Source: Lysobacterales bacterium (GTDB taxonomy: Bacteria > Pseudomonadota > Gammaproteobacteria > Xanthomonadales > UBA2363). Taken from it: a stretch of DNA of 40,000 bases. Position numbers and translations under genes: made by a program. Location: the NCBI GenBank assembly GCA_019634735.1, contig JAHCAT010000001.1, positions 593,227 to 633,226 of the forward strand. Reading direction: 5' to 3'. Shown here in pieces: positions 1 to 8,921 of the stretch. Positions within the stretch are counted from its first letter, which is position 1; each line of letters opens with the position of its first letter. The notes below the pieces were generated by a model, which saw only the letters and a list, made by a program, of their open reading frames with translations, searched no databases and was not told the DNA's origin.

Positions 1-208
1 GCAGGAAGCCGAACGGCACACCGTCCAGCTCGGCGATCCACTGCTCGCGCCAGTCCGGAGAGCGCGCCAGTTCCTGTGCCCAGCCCCAGTCGTCGTTGGG
101 GTCGGATTCGACCACATGCGGCGCCTCGTCCCAGCGCTCGAGCAGGGCGCGGTCGGCCGGCGCAGCCGCGCGGAAGGTCAGCCCAGGCGTTGCCGCGACC
201 TTCGCCAT
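1..208 (-). CDS. GNAT-family N-acetyltransferase, N-terminal part (truncated by window edge)
   Basis: My translation from the ATG at 206-208 is MAKVAATPGLTFRAAAPADRALLERWDEAPHVVESDPNDDWGWAQELARSPDWREQWIAELDGVPFGFL. It has no stop down to position 2. The pattern resembles Acetyltransf_8-type GNAT N-termini. The start overlaps the upstream stop (TGATG). Confidence 0.5.
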   Translation of the reverse strand, partial: MAKVAATPGLTFRAAAPADRALLERWDEAPHVVESDPNDDWGWAQELARSPDWREQWIAELDGVPFGFL

Positions 209-600
209 CAGTCCGCCAGCGGGGTGCACAGTTCGACCAGGGTGCCGTCCGGCGCGCGCAACCACGACACCACCTGCCCCCAGGGCTGCGCCGCGGGCGC
301 TGCCAGCTCGCCGGCACCCGCCGCCAGCGCCCGCGCGTGGGCTGCATCGACGTCGTCGGTGACCAGGGCGATCTCCATGCCAAGGGGCCGGGCGGAGGTG
401 TCGGCCCGGACATGGCCACCCGGCAGGTTGCGTTCCGCCAGCGCGTGGCTGGCGAACGCCAGCACCGTGCTGCCCGTATCCAGCTCGCCGTAGTCCCCGG
501 ACGCATGCAGGAACCGTCGTGGCAGCCCGAACGCATGCTCGAAGAAGGCCAGCGAGGCAGCCACGTCGGCCACATGGACGATCACGTAGCCAAGCTTCAC
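208..600 (-). CDS. VOC (glyoxalase/bleomycin-resistance/dioxygenase) family protein
   Basis: ORF 208..660. The core VKLGYVIVHVADVAASLAFFEHAFGL ... PWGQVVSWLRAPDGTLVEL is typical of the VOC fold. A GTG at 598-600 overlaps the upstream stop by 4 nt, so it is the preferred start. Confidence 0.7.
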   Translation of the reverse strand: MKLGYVIVHVADVAASLAFFEHAFGLPRRFLHASGDYGELDTGSTVLAFASHALAERNLPGGHVRADTSARPLGMEIALVTDDVDAAHARALAAGAGELAAPAAQPWGQVVSWLRAPDGTLVELCTPLAD

Positions 601-938
601 GGCCCATCTCCCGGCCCGGCGGCGAAGGCGCGGACCAGCGCCTCCAGCAGCGGCCGGCACGACTCGTCGACATCTTCCCAGGCGAGCAGTCCGTCGCCGA
701 GCGCGCAGGCGACCGCCAGCCTGGGGTCGCTCCCGGTGTACCGGAGATAGATCTCCCGTGCGGCGCCCTGGTGATGACGGTGCACCTCGTCATTGAGCTC
801 GAACGCATCCAGCGCGCCCTGGCGCCAGCGCAGGAAGTGGCCTTGCAGCGCCCCCAGCGCGGCGGACAGCGCGCGTTCGTGCGCCAGTGCGGCGAGCCGG
901 CGCAGTTCCTTTTTCTGCTTCTTGTCAAGCGGCTGCAT
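597..938 (-). CDS. hypothetical protein (113 aa)
   Basis: ORF 597..1109 trimmed to the internal ATG (MQPLDKKQKKELRRLAAL...). The 4-nt overlap with the downstream gene suggests an operon. I recognise no family. Confidence 0.45.
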   Translation of the reverse strand: MQPLDKKQKKELRRLAALAHERALSAALGALQGHFLRWRQGALDAFELNDEVHRHHQGAAREIYLRYTGSDPRLAVACALGDGLLAWEDVDESCRPLLEALVRAFAAGPGDGP

Positions 939-1105
939 GGCGCGTGCACTCCGGACGACAGGACCGACTATGCCTGCACGCCCGGCGCGAACCAAGGGGC
1001 GGGCGGGCCCGTACCGGGCATCCCTCGACAGGCAGGGAAGCATCGGCTTCGCCATCACATGCAACTGCGTCGTCCATGCGATTGCGGCGCGCCGACACCC
1101 GGTCA

Positions 1106-1507
1106 TCATTCCGGCAGGCGGGCGAAACGCGGCACGTCGACCCGGTCGCCATCCCAGTCCGCGCGGCTGGCCATGAACAGATGGCCATCAGGAACCGCCG
1201 CCAGTGCGCTGTCCAGACTGCCGGCCGGCACCACCGCCGTGCTCCCCAACAGATACGGCAGGGCCGATCCGCAGGTCGCGCAGAAGCTGCGCGCATGGCG
1301 GGTGCCCGGCAACGCGAAATGCCGGACCTGGCCAGCACCCGACAACCAGTCCAGACGGGCGTCCGCCAGGAACAGGTTGGCGGCATGGGCCGAGCCGGTG
1401 TCCTTCCGGCAGTGCCGGCAGTGGCACAGATAGAAGCGCCCCACGATGCCCTCGACCCGGTAGCACGCCGCACCGCACAGGCAGGCGCCATGGTGATGCG
1501 TGGTCAC
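1106..1507 (-). CDS. GFA (CENP-V/glutathione-dependent formaldehyde-activating) family zinc-binding protein
   Basis: The Cys pattern CLCGAACY ... CHCRHCRK ... FCATCGS is typical of GFA domains. The GTG start at 1505-1507 is preceded by GGGGAGGA (complement of 1512-1519). Confidence 0.7.
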   Translation of the reverse strand: MTTHHHGACLCGAACYRVEGIVGRFYLCHCRHCRKDTGSAHAANLFLADARLDWLSGAGQVRHFALPGTRHARSFCATCGSALPYLLGSTAVVPAGSLDSALAAVPDGHLFMASRADWDGDRVDVPRFARLPE

Positions 1508-1557
1508 GGTGTCCTCCCCAGCGCAAGAATCTGTCCGAAGCGCATGCGTGGCGAGGC

Positions 1558-2151
1558 TCAGCCCGCGGCCCCGCCCTGCACGCACAGCGCACGCATGTTG
1601 AAGCGGGCATGGCCCGGGAATCCACCCAGCGACCCGTCCCACAGGTTCACGGCAAGGCGATCCTCGCCGCTGCGGGCCCCGGTCCAGTACCAGCGCGCCT
1701 GCGGACTCAGGCGCACCAGCACCGGTTCCGATTCCCCGGTGCCGTGGACCTTGGTGCCGCCCGGCACCTGGGCCTCATGCAGGGCCTTGAGCTGGGCCGG
1801 GGTCGGCAGCACCCAGCCCCTACCCAGCGCCGCGCAGTGCGCCTGCGCCTCGTCCAGGTCGGCATCGCCGGCGATCGGTTCGCGCCCGACGCCGCTGTCG
1901 CAGGCGGTCCAGGTAAGGCCGGTGCCGGTGTCGAGCACGCCCTCGGGCGTGGCCAGGAAGCGGCCATCGGCACTGGCCTGGCCGGAGGCGATGCTGCGGC
2001 AGGACCGGGCATCGGTGACATCCGACCGCTGCCAGAGGGCGAAACCGGCGCCCAGGACCACCAGCGCGCCGACCGCCACCAGGAACAGCGCACGCCCGCG
2101 AGGCCCGGCGCGCCCGCTGCCGCGGCGGGGGCCGTCAGGCCAGGCGGTCAC
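1558..2151 (-). CDS. membrane-anchored DUF1566 (Lcl C-terminal-like) domain protein
   Basis: There is an N-terminal TM helix (ALFLVAVGALVVLGAGFALW). The motifs TGLTWTACDSG ... GWVLPTPAQLKAL are characteristic of DUF1566. The start codon is uncertain (GTG). Confidence 0.55.
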   Translation of the reverse strand: MTAWPDGPRRGSGRAGPRGRALFLVAVGALVVLGAGFALWQRSDVTDARSCRSIASGQASADGRFLATPEGVLDTGTGLTWTACDSGVGREPIAGDADLDEAQAHCAALGRGWVLPTPAQLKALHEAQVPGGTKVHGTGESEPVLVRLSPQARWYWTGARSGEDRLAVNLWDGSLGGFPGHARFNMRALCVQGGAAG

Positions 2152-2467
2152 GGATACGACCGGAAAACACGTAGACGCCGATCAGGATCGGCAGGGCAAC
2201 CCGCGGCAGCAGTTCCGGCAGGTCCGCGCCGACCTCGGCGAGCGACCAGACCACCACCAGCGCCAGTGTCGCCCCGTACGCCCAGGCGCCCAGCAGCCGG
2301 CCCTGCGCGATCAGCACGCCGGCGGCGAGCGCGCCAAGGCCGACCGCCAGAAAGTAGGCGCTGTCGCCGGCCCTCAGCAGGCCGATGCCGCCCACCGCCA
2401 GGGCGGCACCCAGCAGGGCCAGCAGCAGGCCGAGCAGGCGCGGCGGGTTGTTTGCTTCCATGAACAT
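2135..2467 (-). CDS. small integral membrane protein
   Basis: The 110-aa ORF has 3-4 hydrophobic helices (LLGLLLALLGAALAVGGIGLL, YFLAVGLGALAAGVLIA, ATLALVVVWSLAEV, ALPILIGVYVF). Confidence 0.5.
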   Translation of the reverse strand: MFMEANNPPRLLGLLLALLGAALAVGGIGLLRAGDSAYFLAVGLGALAAGVLIAQGRLLGAWAYGATLALVVVWSLAEVGADLPELLPRVALPILIGVYVFSGRIRDRLA

Positions 2468-2513
2468 CCTCCAGGTTGGGTTGGGTTGGGTCGGGTCGCG
2501 CGGCGGGCCCTGC

Positions 2514-2999
2514 TCAGTCGGAGGCGGGCGGCGCAGCTGCCAGTGACCGCGTCATGAAGACGTTGAAGCCACTGGCCGTGTATGCCCCGAACGGACCGCA
2601 CCACTGGAAACCGTTGCGCAGGTAGAGCCGATGCGCGGCCGCGAACGGCTCGCCGGTACCGGTTTCCAGGTACAGGCGTTGCCAGCCACGGGCAACGGCT
2701 GCCTCGACGATCCCGTCCAGCAGGCGCTGGCCGACGCCGCGGCGAACGAACCCCTCGGCCGTGCGCATCGACTTGATCTCGCCGCTGTCCGCGTCCAGGC
2801 GCTTGAGCGCCCCGCAGCCGCATAGCACGCCCTGCGACCAGGCGGTCCAGACGGTGATATCGGGGTGGCGCAGGTCCTCGACCGCCAGCGCATGCGCACG
2901 GCCGGGGGGTGAGTGGCCGCGCATCGCCGCAAGGTGTCCGGAGATCAGCGCCTGGACTTCCGGCGAGGTCAGGTCGTCGACACGCACCTCGATGTTCAT
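2514..2999 (-). CDS. GNAT-family N-acetyltransferase
   Basis: ORF 2514..3149 trimmed to the ATG at 2997-2999 (MNIEVRVDDL...). The acetyl-CoA motif RRGVGQRLLDGIVEAAVARG and the ending YLRNGFQ are typical of GNAT. Confidence 0.8.
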   Translation of the reverse strand: MNIEVRVDDLTSPEVQALISGHLAAMRGHSPPGRAHALAVEDLRHPDITVWTAWSQGVLCGCGALKRLDADSGEIKSMRTAEGFVRRGVGQRLLDGIVEAAVARGWQRLYLETGTGEPFAAAHRLYLRNGFQWCGPFGAYTASGFNVFMTRSLAAAPPASD

Positions 3000-3075
3000 G
3001 GGCCCGTGTCCCCCGCCTGCAGCCAGCGGCCCCCCGCAGCCTCGCCAGGTGCCGAAACCCGTCGCTGGCTCCGCT

Positions 3076-3453
3076 TCACGGGCGACCTGCGCAAAGCAGT
3101 GCGATGCCCCCGATGGTCGCCAGCGGCAGCCAGGCCAGATGCCGCCCACGCGTCCACCCCAGCGGCAGGAGGGCCGACACCAGGAAGGTCACCCCGAGCG
3201 TGACCAGGACGCTGCGCCTGTCGAGACCGTCCAGTGCCGCAAGCACCAGCAGCACGGCCAGGCCGAGCCAGGCCACCGAGGTCAGGTGCCAGGCGAAGCG
3301 CAGGGTACCGACCGTGAACGCCTGGCCACCGAACAGTCGGGGCAGGTCGTCGCGGCGGAACAGACGAACAAGCAGATAGCGTTCGCCGAGCACGGAGTGC
3401 GCGATCGCCAGCCCGGTCGCCAGGGCGGCGGACAGAAGCAGCAGGCCGTTCAT
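3076..3453 (-). CDS. integral membrane protein
   Basis: ORF trimmed to MNGLLLLSAALATGLAIAH.... It contains four hydrophobic segments. Confidence 0.5.
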   Translation of the reverse strand: MNGLLLLSAALATGLAIAHSVLGERYLLVRLFRRDDLPRLFGGQAFTVGTLRFAWHLTSVAWLGLAVLLVLAALDGLDRRSVLVTLGVTFLVSALLPLGWTRGRHLAWLPLATIGGIALLCAGRP

Positions 3454-3493
3454 GACAGCCCGCCACGGACATCGCAATGCTGCGGATGCCGCA

Positions 3494-3796
3494 TCAGCCC
3501 GCCATCCGGCTGAACACGCCCACCGCAAGCTCCGCCCAGATCGCCAGGAAGGCGACCAGCAGGCCCGTTGTCAGCCAGCGCCTCGCGGGACCTCGCAAGC
3601 GTCCGGACACGGTCACCAGGGTGGTGCCGGTGACGAGCAGCAGCCCGGCCATGACCACGAAATCCCGGACATCCCAGGCCACTTCGTCGGTGAACTGCAT
3701 TGCCAGCCACACGGCCAGCAGCACGAGCAAAGTCCCGGCCGCGACGACGGCAAGGGCCCGGCACGGCCGAAACGTGGAGGAAGATGCGCGCATCAT
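3494..3796 (-). CDS. integral membrane protein
   Basis: ORF trimmed to MMRASSSTFRP.... It contains three hydrophobic helices. Confidence 0.45.
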   Translation of the reverse strand: MMRASSSTFRPCRALAVVAAGTLLVLLAVWLAMQFTDEVAWDVRDFVVMAGLLLVTGTTLVTVSGRLRGPARRWLTTGLLVAFLAIWAELAVGVFSRMAG

Positions 3797-3892
3797 CGGT
3801 CTCTCTCCCTGGCCAGTGCCATGCTGTGCGCACCCACGCGCACAATTGCCCACGCTGGCAGAGCGGCAGCCTGACGCTGCCGGATCCGGGAA

Positions 3893-4486
3893 TCAAGAGG
3901 GTGTTTCCCATCCGTCCGCCTCCGCGACGCCCCCCACCGGTGTACAGATCCGCGCCTTCCGATACACGCAGGTGTGCGCATGACGAGCAGCCCGGACGAC
4001 CGGACCCACGAAGCCACGCCGCCGAAGTGCGGTAGCCAGGCAGGCGATCATCCCGGCGTGAGACACAACCAGCACGTCCCGGTCCATCGCCACCAGGCGG
4101 TCGGCCACCGTACCGACGCGGTGCCGGAAGTCGTCGCGACAGTGCCGCTGCGATGCGTGGCCGCTCATCCAGGACAGCCGCAGCCGCCACTTCCAGGCGC
4201 CGAACGGCAGGCGCAGGCCGCCGGTCCGGAAGCGCTCGAAACGGGCCTCCCTGAGCAGGGGCGTGTGCTCGACGCCCTCGCCATGGATCCTCACGGCGGT
4301 GGCGATGGCGCGTGGCTGGTCGCTGCACAGGCAGGCCTGCCAGCGGACGCCACCCAGGTCGAACTCACCGACCACCGGCTCGGCGGCGTCGTAGCGAAAT
4401 GGCCAGTGGTGCAGATCGTCCGAGCTCAGCCACCCCCGCGGCATGGCCTCGGTGACCGGAAAGTGGCGAACAAGCCCGATGTGCAT
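3893..4486 (-). CDS. histidine phosphatase (phosphoglycerate-mutase-like) family protein
   Basis: It has the N-terminal RH motif (GLVRHFPV) and a distal SH motif (VLVVSHAGMI). Confidence 0.65.
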   Translation of the reverse strand: MHIGLVRHFPVTEAMPRGWLSSDDLHHWPFRYDAAEPVVGEFDLGGVRWQACLCSDQPRAIATAVRIHGEGVEHTPLLREARFERFRTGGLRLPFGAWKWRLRLSWMSGHASQRHCRDDFRHRVGTVADRLVAMDRDVLVVSHAGMIACLATALRRRGFVGPVVRAARHAHTCVYRKARICTPVGGVAEADGWETPS

Positions 4487-4641
4487 TGGCCTGTCGTCGA
4501 CGTACGGGCTTTTATCGCGGATTGTCCTGATCCACTGGGACGGGCAGTCCGCGGCCCAATCCGCCGCGAACAGGTCGGCGGTCGCAAGCGGCGGATCGCG
4601 CGGCGGAATACCCGCATGCGCCAGGCAGGCGGCATGACGCG

Positions 4642-5361
4642 TCAGGGCAGCTTCCGCGAGCTAGCCACCTGGCCGTTGAGGGGCACGTAAACCTGCCCGG
4701 TGACCTTGCCGGTCTCGTCCCTCAGGAACACCAGCACGCCGCCCGCACCGTCCACCCTGAAGGTGTCCGGCGCCACCGCGACCAGGCGCGCCGGCGGTCC
4801 GCCATCGCTGACCCGGAGCACGTCGCCGTCCAGGCTCACCGTATCGACCAGGCCGTCGCCGTAGTCGTAGCGGCCGGCGTACCCGGCCAGCACGGCCGCA
4901 TCGACGGCGATCGCCCGGGCCGGCTCGACGACCGGCGTCTCCTGGTGATGCACCAGCAGCCAGCGCCCGTCCTGGACACGGAACAGGTTGCTCTCCACCC
5001 AGCGCGCGGTGGCCGCCGGGGCCTGCTCGACCATCACGCTGTCGACCAGCACGTGGCCGCCCAACGGTCGCCAGTCCAGCGCCTCGACCCGGTACCGGAC
5101 CGCCCCGCCGTGGCCGCCGTGGCTGCGCACATAGGCCGGCATGTCGGCCCGCGACCGGCGCACGCCAATGTCTGAAACGTGCACGAACCCGTCGGCCAGC
5201 AGGGCGCCATAGCGTTCGGCATCGCCGTCCGCGAACGCCGAGATCCGCGCCAGGATCAGCGCCTCGAAGACCTCGGCCGAGGGCGTCGGTGCAGACGTCC
5301 GAGCGGGCGTCGAGAGCAGGACCGCTGCCGTGGCCAGCACGGCGATGAGGAACCGGATCAT
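4642..5361 (-). CDS. secreted protein with a SnoaL/DUF4440-like (NTF2 fold) domain and a beta-rich C-terminal domain
   Basis: The signal peptide is MIRFLIAVLATAAVLLSTPARTSA. The NTF2-like segment is ISAFADGDAERYGALLADGFVHV. The C-terminal segment YAGRYDYGDGLVDTVSLDGDVLRV...FRVDGAGGVLVFLRDETGKVTG resembles the C-terminal extension of S12 peptidases. Confidence 0.55.
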   Translation of the reverse strand: MIRFLIAVLATAAVLLSTPARTSAPTPSAEVFEALILARISAFADGDAERYGALLADGFVHVSDIGVRRSRADMPAYVRSHGGHGGAVRYRVEALDWRPLGGHVLVDSVMVEQAPAATARWVESNLFRVQDGRWLLVHHQETPVVEPARAIAVDAAVLAGYAGRYDYGDGLVDTVSLDGDVLRVSDGGPPARLVAVAPDTFRVDGAGGVLVFLRDETGKVTGQVYVPLNGQVASSRKLP

Positions 5362-5852
5362 GGGCTTTGCCCCTCAAGTCCTGGCGCGACCCCGAACGCC
5401 AGCCGCATCGGCAGGAAGCGTATCCCATCGCTCTCCACGAGGTCGCCGTCCGGCCGGAAGCCGAACGCGCGGTAGACGGCCACGGCGTTCGCACTGGCGT
5501 TGACCGTGAAGATCACCTCGGCACCGACGTGCTTTTCCATTGCGCGCGCACGGGCCGCGTGCCAGAGCGCCCGCGCCAAACCGGAGCGCTGATGGGGCCG
5601 GGCGACGAACAGGTGGAACAGGTGGGTACGGTCGCGCAGGGCGATGAAGCCTGCCAGATCGGCGTTGCGCTCGGCGACGAGGAAGAGATAGCGGGGCGAG
5701 GACAGGTAGTCCCGTTCCGCCGATTCGGAAACCGACGCCAGGAAAGCTTCGGCCCCTGCGCCGGAGGGATCGACGGTGAGCATGGGCTGGAAGCTGGCGA
5801 TCAGCGCGGCGATGGGACCCGCATCGGCCGGCGTGGCGGTGCGGATGATCAC
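5358..5852 (-). CDS. GNAT-family N-acetyltransferase
   Basis: ORF 5358..6059. The GNAT core starts at VIIRTATPADAGPIAALI, and RPHQRSGLARALWHAARARA is the CoA-binding motif. The start is uncertain (GTG at 5850-5852 or upstream). The 4-nt overlap with 4642..5361 suggests an operon. Confidence 0.65.
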   Translation of the reverse strand: MIIRTATPADAGPIAALIASFQPMLTVDPSGAGAEAFLASVSESAERDYLSSPRYLFLVAERNADLAGFIALRDRTHLFHLFVARPHQRSGLARALWHAARARAMEKHVGAEVIFTVNASANAVAVYRAFGFRPDGDLVESDGIRFLPMRLAFGVAPGLEGQSP

Positions 5853-6059
5853 GGCGCTGGCTGTTCCATGGCCCGGGCCGGTGGACTTCCTGCGCGACGC
5901 AGCGCCTGCGGGACGGGACCGGACACTGACCCGCCATGTGCCGGGCTGGGTCGAGATCCGCGGCATCGCGCTGAGGCGGCCAACCGGGCAATCAACGCGG
6001 CGTACGCAGGCGTTCGCGCGCGTTCCGTACGGCAAACCACGGCCGGCGCCAGCATGCAA

Positions 6060-6353
6060 TCAGCGGATCAGCGACGCCAGACACTGCTGGAAGGCTGCGG
6101 TTTCTTCGGCGCGATCCACTTCGCTGCCGTCGCTGACCGACATCTGGCCGGCCAGGACCGGCGCGTCACCGGTGGCGTCGATGCTCCCGGTGATCTCGAA
6201 GGAATAGATCTGGCCGGGCGGCAGCAGCGCGGCGCACTGCTCCAGCGTGCGTGGAGCATCCAGTGCCGACTGTGCAATCGCCGCCTGCGCCAGGGTCAGC
6301 ACGGCTGCGGCAAGGATGGCGAAGAACGCTGACCGAGGGATACGCATGATCAC
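6060..6353 (-). CDS. small secreted protein, unknown function
   Basis: The 97-aa ORF has the signal peptide MRIPRSAFFAILAAAVLTLAQAAIA and two Cys residues. Confidence 0.45.
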   Translation of the reverse strand: MIMRIPRSAFFAILAAAVLTLAQAAIAQSALDAPRTLEQCAALLPPGQIYSFEITGSIDATGDAPVLAGQMSVSDGSEVDRAEETAAFQQCLASLIR

Positions 6354-6596
6354 TCCTCATACTGTTTGTAGGATCTTTCGCGGCCCCCAGGCCCGGCCGC
6401 CGAGGCGGGCCGAACCCACAGCGTCCGCCCGCGGCGCAGTGTCGCCGGCAACCCACCTGACGGCAACAGGCCAACCTGGGCGCACTCTGTCCCGCCCCCT
6501 CCACCACCCCGTTCGCCCCCGATCCCGCTTTCCAGCTCTGGTCCGTCAGCTCCCGCCCACCTGTTCCAGATTCCAGCTCCAGGCCCCGATTCAAAT

Positions 6597-6645
6597 CCCG
6601 AGTCCCGATCCCCGATCCCCGATCCCCGAGTTCCGAGTTCCGACC
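6597..6645. repeat. heptamer tandem repeat (CCCGAKY) x7
   Basis: The units read directly as cccgagt cccgatc cccgatc cccgatc cccgagt tccgagt tccgacc. The tract is intergenic and adjacent to a REP hairpin. Confidence 0.8.
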
Positions 6646-6663
6646 GAGCCGCGCCTCCCCACG

Positions 6664-6705
6664 TCTCCCCTCCCCCGCCTGCGGGGGAGGGGCCGGGGGA
6701 GAGGG
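6664..6705. repeat. GC-rich palindromic REP element (copy A)
   Basis: The sequence is tctCCCCTCCCCCGcctgCGGGGGAGGGGccgggggagaggg, an 11-bp stem with a 4-nt loop. The same element occurs at 27241, 31200 and 31746. Confidence 0.85.
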
Positions 6706-6899
6706 CCGCCACAGCCAGCGCCTGACCGCCAGGATCGCCAGCCTCGACCTTCCCACCAACGACCCGTCCGCCGCCCCGCCTGCACCGCCCTCCCCCCGCG
6801 GACCAGGACCAGCCCACCGCACGCTGCATCGGCCAGCCCCTGTCCGGCGCCGCTCGCCCATTGCGTACACATAGGCAAGTGCCGTTACTGGAGACTGCC

Positions 6900-7751
6900 A
6901 TGGGAACCGTTTCGTATCCGTGTCCACTGCTGCGCATCATCGCGCTGGCCCTGCTCGCCCTGCTGCTGCCGGCGCAACCCGCGCACGCCCAGCAGCAGGC
7001 CCGCTCGTTCGCCATCACCCACTGGAACGGCAACTGCTCGGGCAGCACCCGGGTCTGGTGGGACGACATGTGCATGGCCTGGCGCAAGGAGATGGGCGCG
7101 CGCGGCTGGGACCAGTGGTGGGCGAACTTCCAGCACGTCCGCGCCTGGCGCTTCGGCGACCCCTCGCGAGTCCCCTGGGGCCTGGACAACGGCGGTGGCG
7201 GCGCCGACCGCGGTCATGCCGCGCTGATCTGCACGCACGGCGGCCACAACAACACCGACGGCTGGGTCGGCAGCATGCACACGCGGGAGAACAACACCTG
7301 CGAGATTCGCGCCACCCAGATGAACCTGGGCACGGCCTCCGGTGGACGCCTGAGGTTCTGGCACATGTCCTCCTGCAACAGCGTGCGCTGGAACCAGCGC
7401 GACCGCTGGTGGAACGCCGCCGCCGGCCGCGTCCACGTGATCACCGGCTTCCACGGCCTGATGTACATCGGCTCGAAGTACGTCGAGGAATACCGACAGG
7501 TCGCCCGCCGCGGCCACCTCAACACCGGCGTCGGCCGCGCCTGGGTCGACCAGATGCACCACGTCGACCATTGGTACAACGCCTGGAAGACGGTGTGCCC
7601 GATCGCCCTGGGCTACGGCAACACCCAGTCCGCCTCCTCGAACGCCCTCAACGAGCGCTACGGCAGCCAGTGGCAGGACCGCGCACCGAACTGGCGGACC
7701 ACCCGCTACGTGAGCAAGTGCGATCCGGACGACGGCCCGAAGCTGCCCTGA
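6900..7751 (+). CDS. secreted Trp-rich protein with a caspase-fold-like His/Cys dyad (putative clan-CD-like peptidase)
   Basis: ORF 6861..7751 trimmed to the ATG at 6900. The signal peptide is MGTVSYPCPLLRIIALALLALLLPAQPAHA. Hydrophobic strands end in AALICTHGGH and LRFWHMSSCNS, with the His and Cys 46 residues apart. Confidence 0.6.
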   Translation: MGTVSYPCPLLRIIALALLALLLPAQPAHAQQQARSFAITHWNGNCSGSTRVWWDDMCMAWRKEMGARGWDQWWANFQHVRAWRFGDPSRVPWGLDNGGGGADRGHAALICTHGGHNNTDGWVGSMHTRENNTCEIRATQMNLGTASGGRLRFWHMSSCNSVRWNQRDRWWNAAAGRVHVITGFHGLMYIGSKYVEEYRQVARRGHLNTGVGRAWVDQMHHVDHWYNAWKTVCPIALGYGNTQSASSNALNERYGSQWQDRAPNWRTTRYVSKCDPDDGPKLP

Positions 7752-7769
7752 CCTTCCCAGGAGACGACC

Positions 7770-8807
7770 ATGAACCGACGCAACCTGCTCCGCACCCTGG
7801 TGCCCCTGCTGTTCGTGCTGGCGGCGCTGGATGTCAATGCCCAGCAGCCGGCGCGCGACGCCGACCTGGGCACCCCTGCCGAAGCCTTCGAACGCTTCGA
7901 CGCCGACTACCGGCGAGCCGTCGAGGCGGCCGTGCCGCGCTTCGACGGCGAACGCCTGGCCGAACGCCTGCGCACCCTGCATGCGCGCCATCCGCGCGGC
8001 GTTCCCGGCATCACCGCGACCGATGCCCTCACCCTGGCCAGGCAGCTCGACGAACGGGTCCCCGACCTGCGTCCGCGCCAGGCCGGGTTCGACGACGAGA
8101 CGCTGTCCCTGGGTGTCGACGCCCGCGCCGGCCAGGCCTGGTTCCACCGCGACCTGGACGCCGAGCCCCTGCTCCCGCCGCGCAATGCCGAACGCATGGC
8201 GCCGAGTGTCGCGCGCCAGCACGCCGCCCTGCTGACCCGGCTGGGCGTGGCCGCGGACCAGCGCTTCTTCGTCCACCAGGCATTCACCGTGCGCAGCAGC
8301 GCCGAGGCGCCCGGCGAGGGCGCCGCCAGCCGCGAAGGGCGCCCGCAGGTCGACGGCATCGCCACCCTGGTGTTGCGCAGCGTCGATGGCATCCAGGTCG
8401 AGGGGGGCATCGCCCGGCTGTCTTCCCGGCAGGCGGGCCGCCTGCAGGACCTGGAACTGCGCTGGCCGCAGGTCCGCATGCACCCCATGCTGCGCAGCTT
8501 CGACATCAAGCAGCGCGAGGTCGTCCTGCGCGACGTGCTGGCGGGCGTCGAGCGCACCGCCAGCGGCGCCGTCAACGTGCGCACCGCCGTGGTGCTGCGC
8601 CCGGTGCTGGTCGGCAACGACACCGTCCACGTTCCGGCCCTGCGGGTCGGCGTGCTGCCGGACAACGGCGAGGCCGGCGACCTGTTCTATGTCGACCTGG
8701 CCCGCGAGTCGGCCCCCTACCGCGACAGCGATGGCGCCGACGAGGATCAGGCCGGCCGCGACCAGGAAAGCTCGATCGGGCTGCGCGGCGGACCGCGCGC
8801 TGGGTAG
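7770..8807 (+). CDS. secreted protein of unknown function (operon partner of 6900..7751)
   Basis: The signal peptide is MNRRNLLRTLVPLLFVLAALDVNA. The gene starts 19 nt after the upstream stop. I recognise no family. Confidence 0.6.
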   Translation: MNRRNLLRTLVPLLFVLAALDVNAQQPARDADLGTPAEAFERFDADYRRAVEAAVPRFDGERLAERLRTLHARHPRGVPGITATDALTLARQLDERVPDLRPRQAGFDDETLSLGVDARAGQAWFHRDLDAEPLLPPRNAERMAPSVARQHAALLTRLGVAADQRFFVHQAFTVRSSAEAPGEGAASREGRPQVDGIATLVLRSVDGIQVEGGIARLSSRQAGRLQDLELRWPQVRMHPMLRSFDIKQREVVLRDVLAGVERTASGAVNVRTAVVLRPVLVGNDTVHVPALRVGVLPDNGEAGDLFYVDLARESAPYRDSDGADEDQAGRDQESSIGLRGGPRAG

Positions 8808-8921
8808 GACGGTTGGTACAGGCCAGGGCCGGGCAGGCGCGTCGCCCGGACCTGGCCCGCCCGCCGGCACGTAGTGCGTACTCGCCGGCGATCGCGTCGC
8901 GGACTGACGCCGGCAGCGCGC

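Noticed and set aside
887-2557. ORF 887..2557 (+, 556 aa) and other plus-strand ORFs in the first 6 kb.
   Set aside because: They have low-complexity composition. The minus-strand frames contain recognisable GFA, DUF1566, GNAT and membrane-protein sequences with 4-nt operon overlaps.
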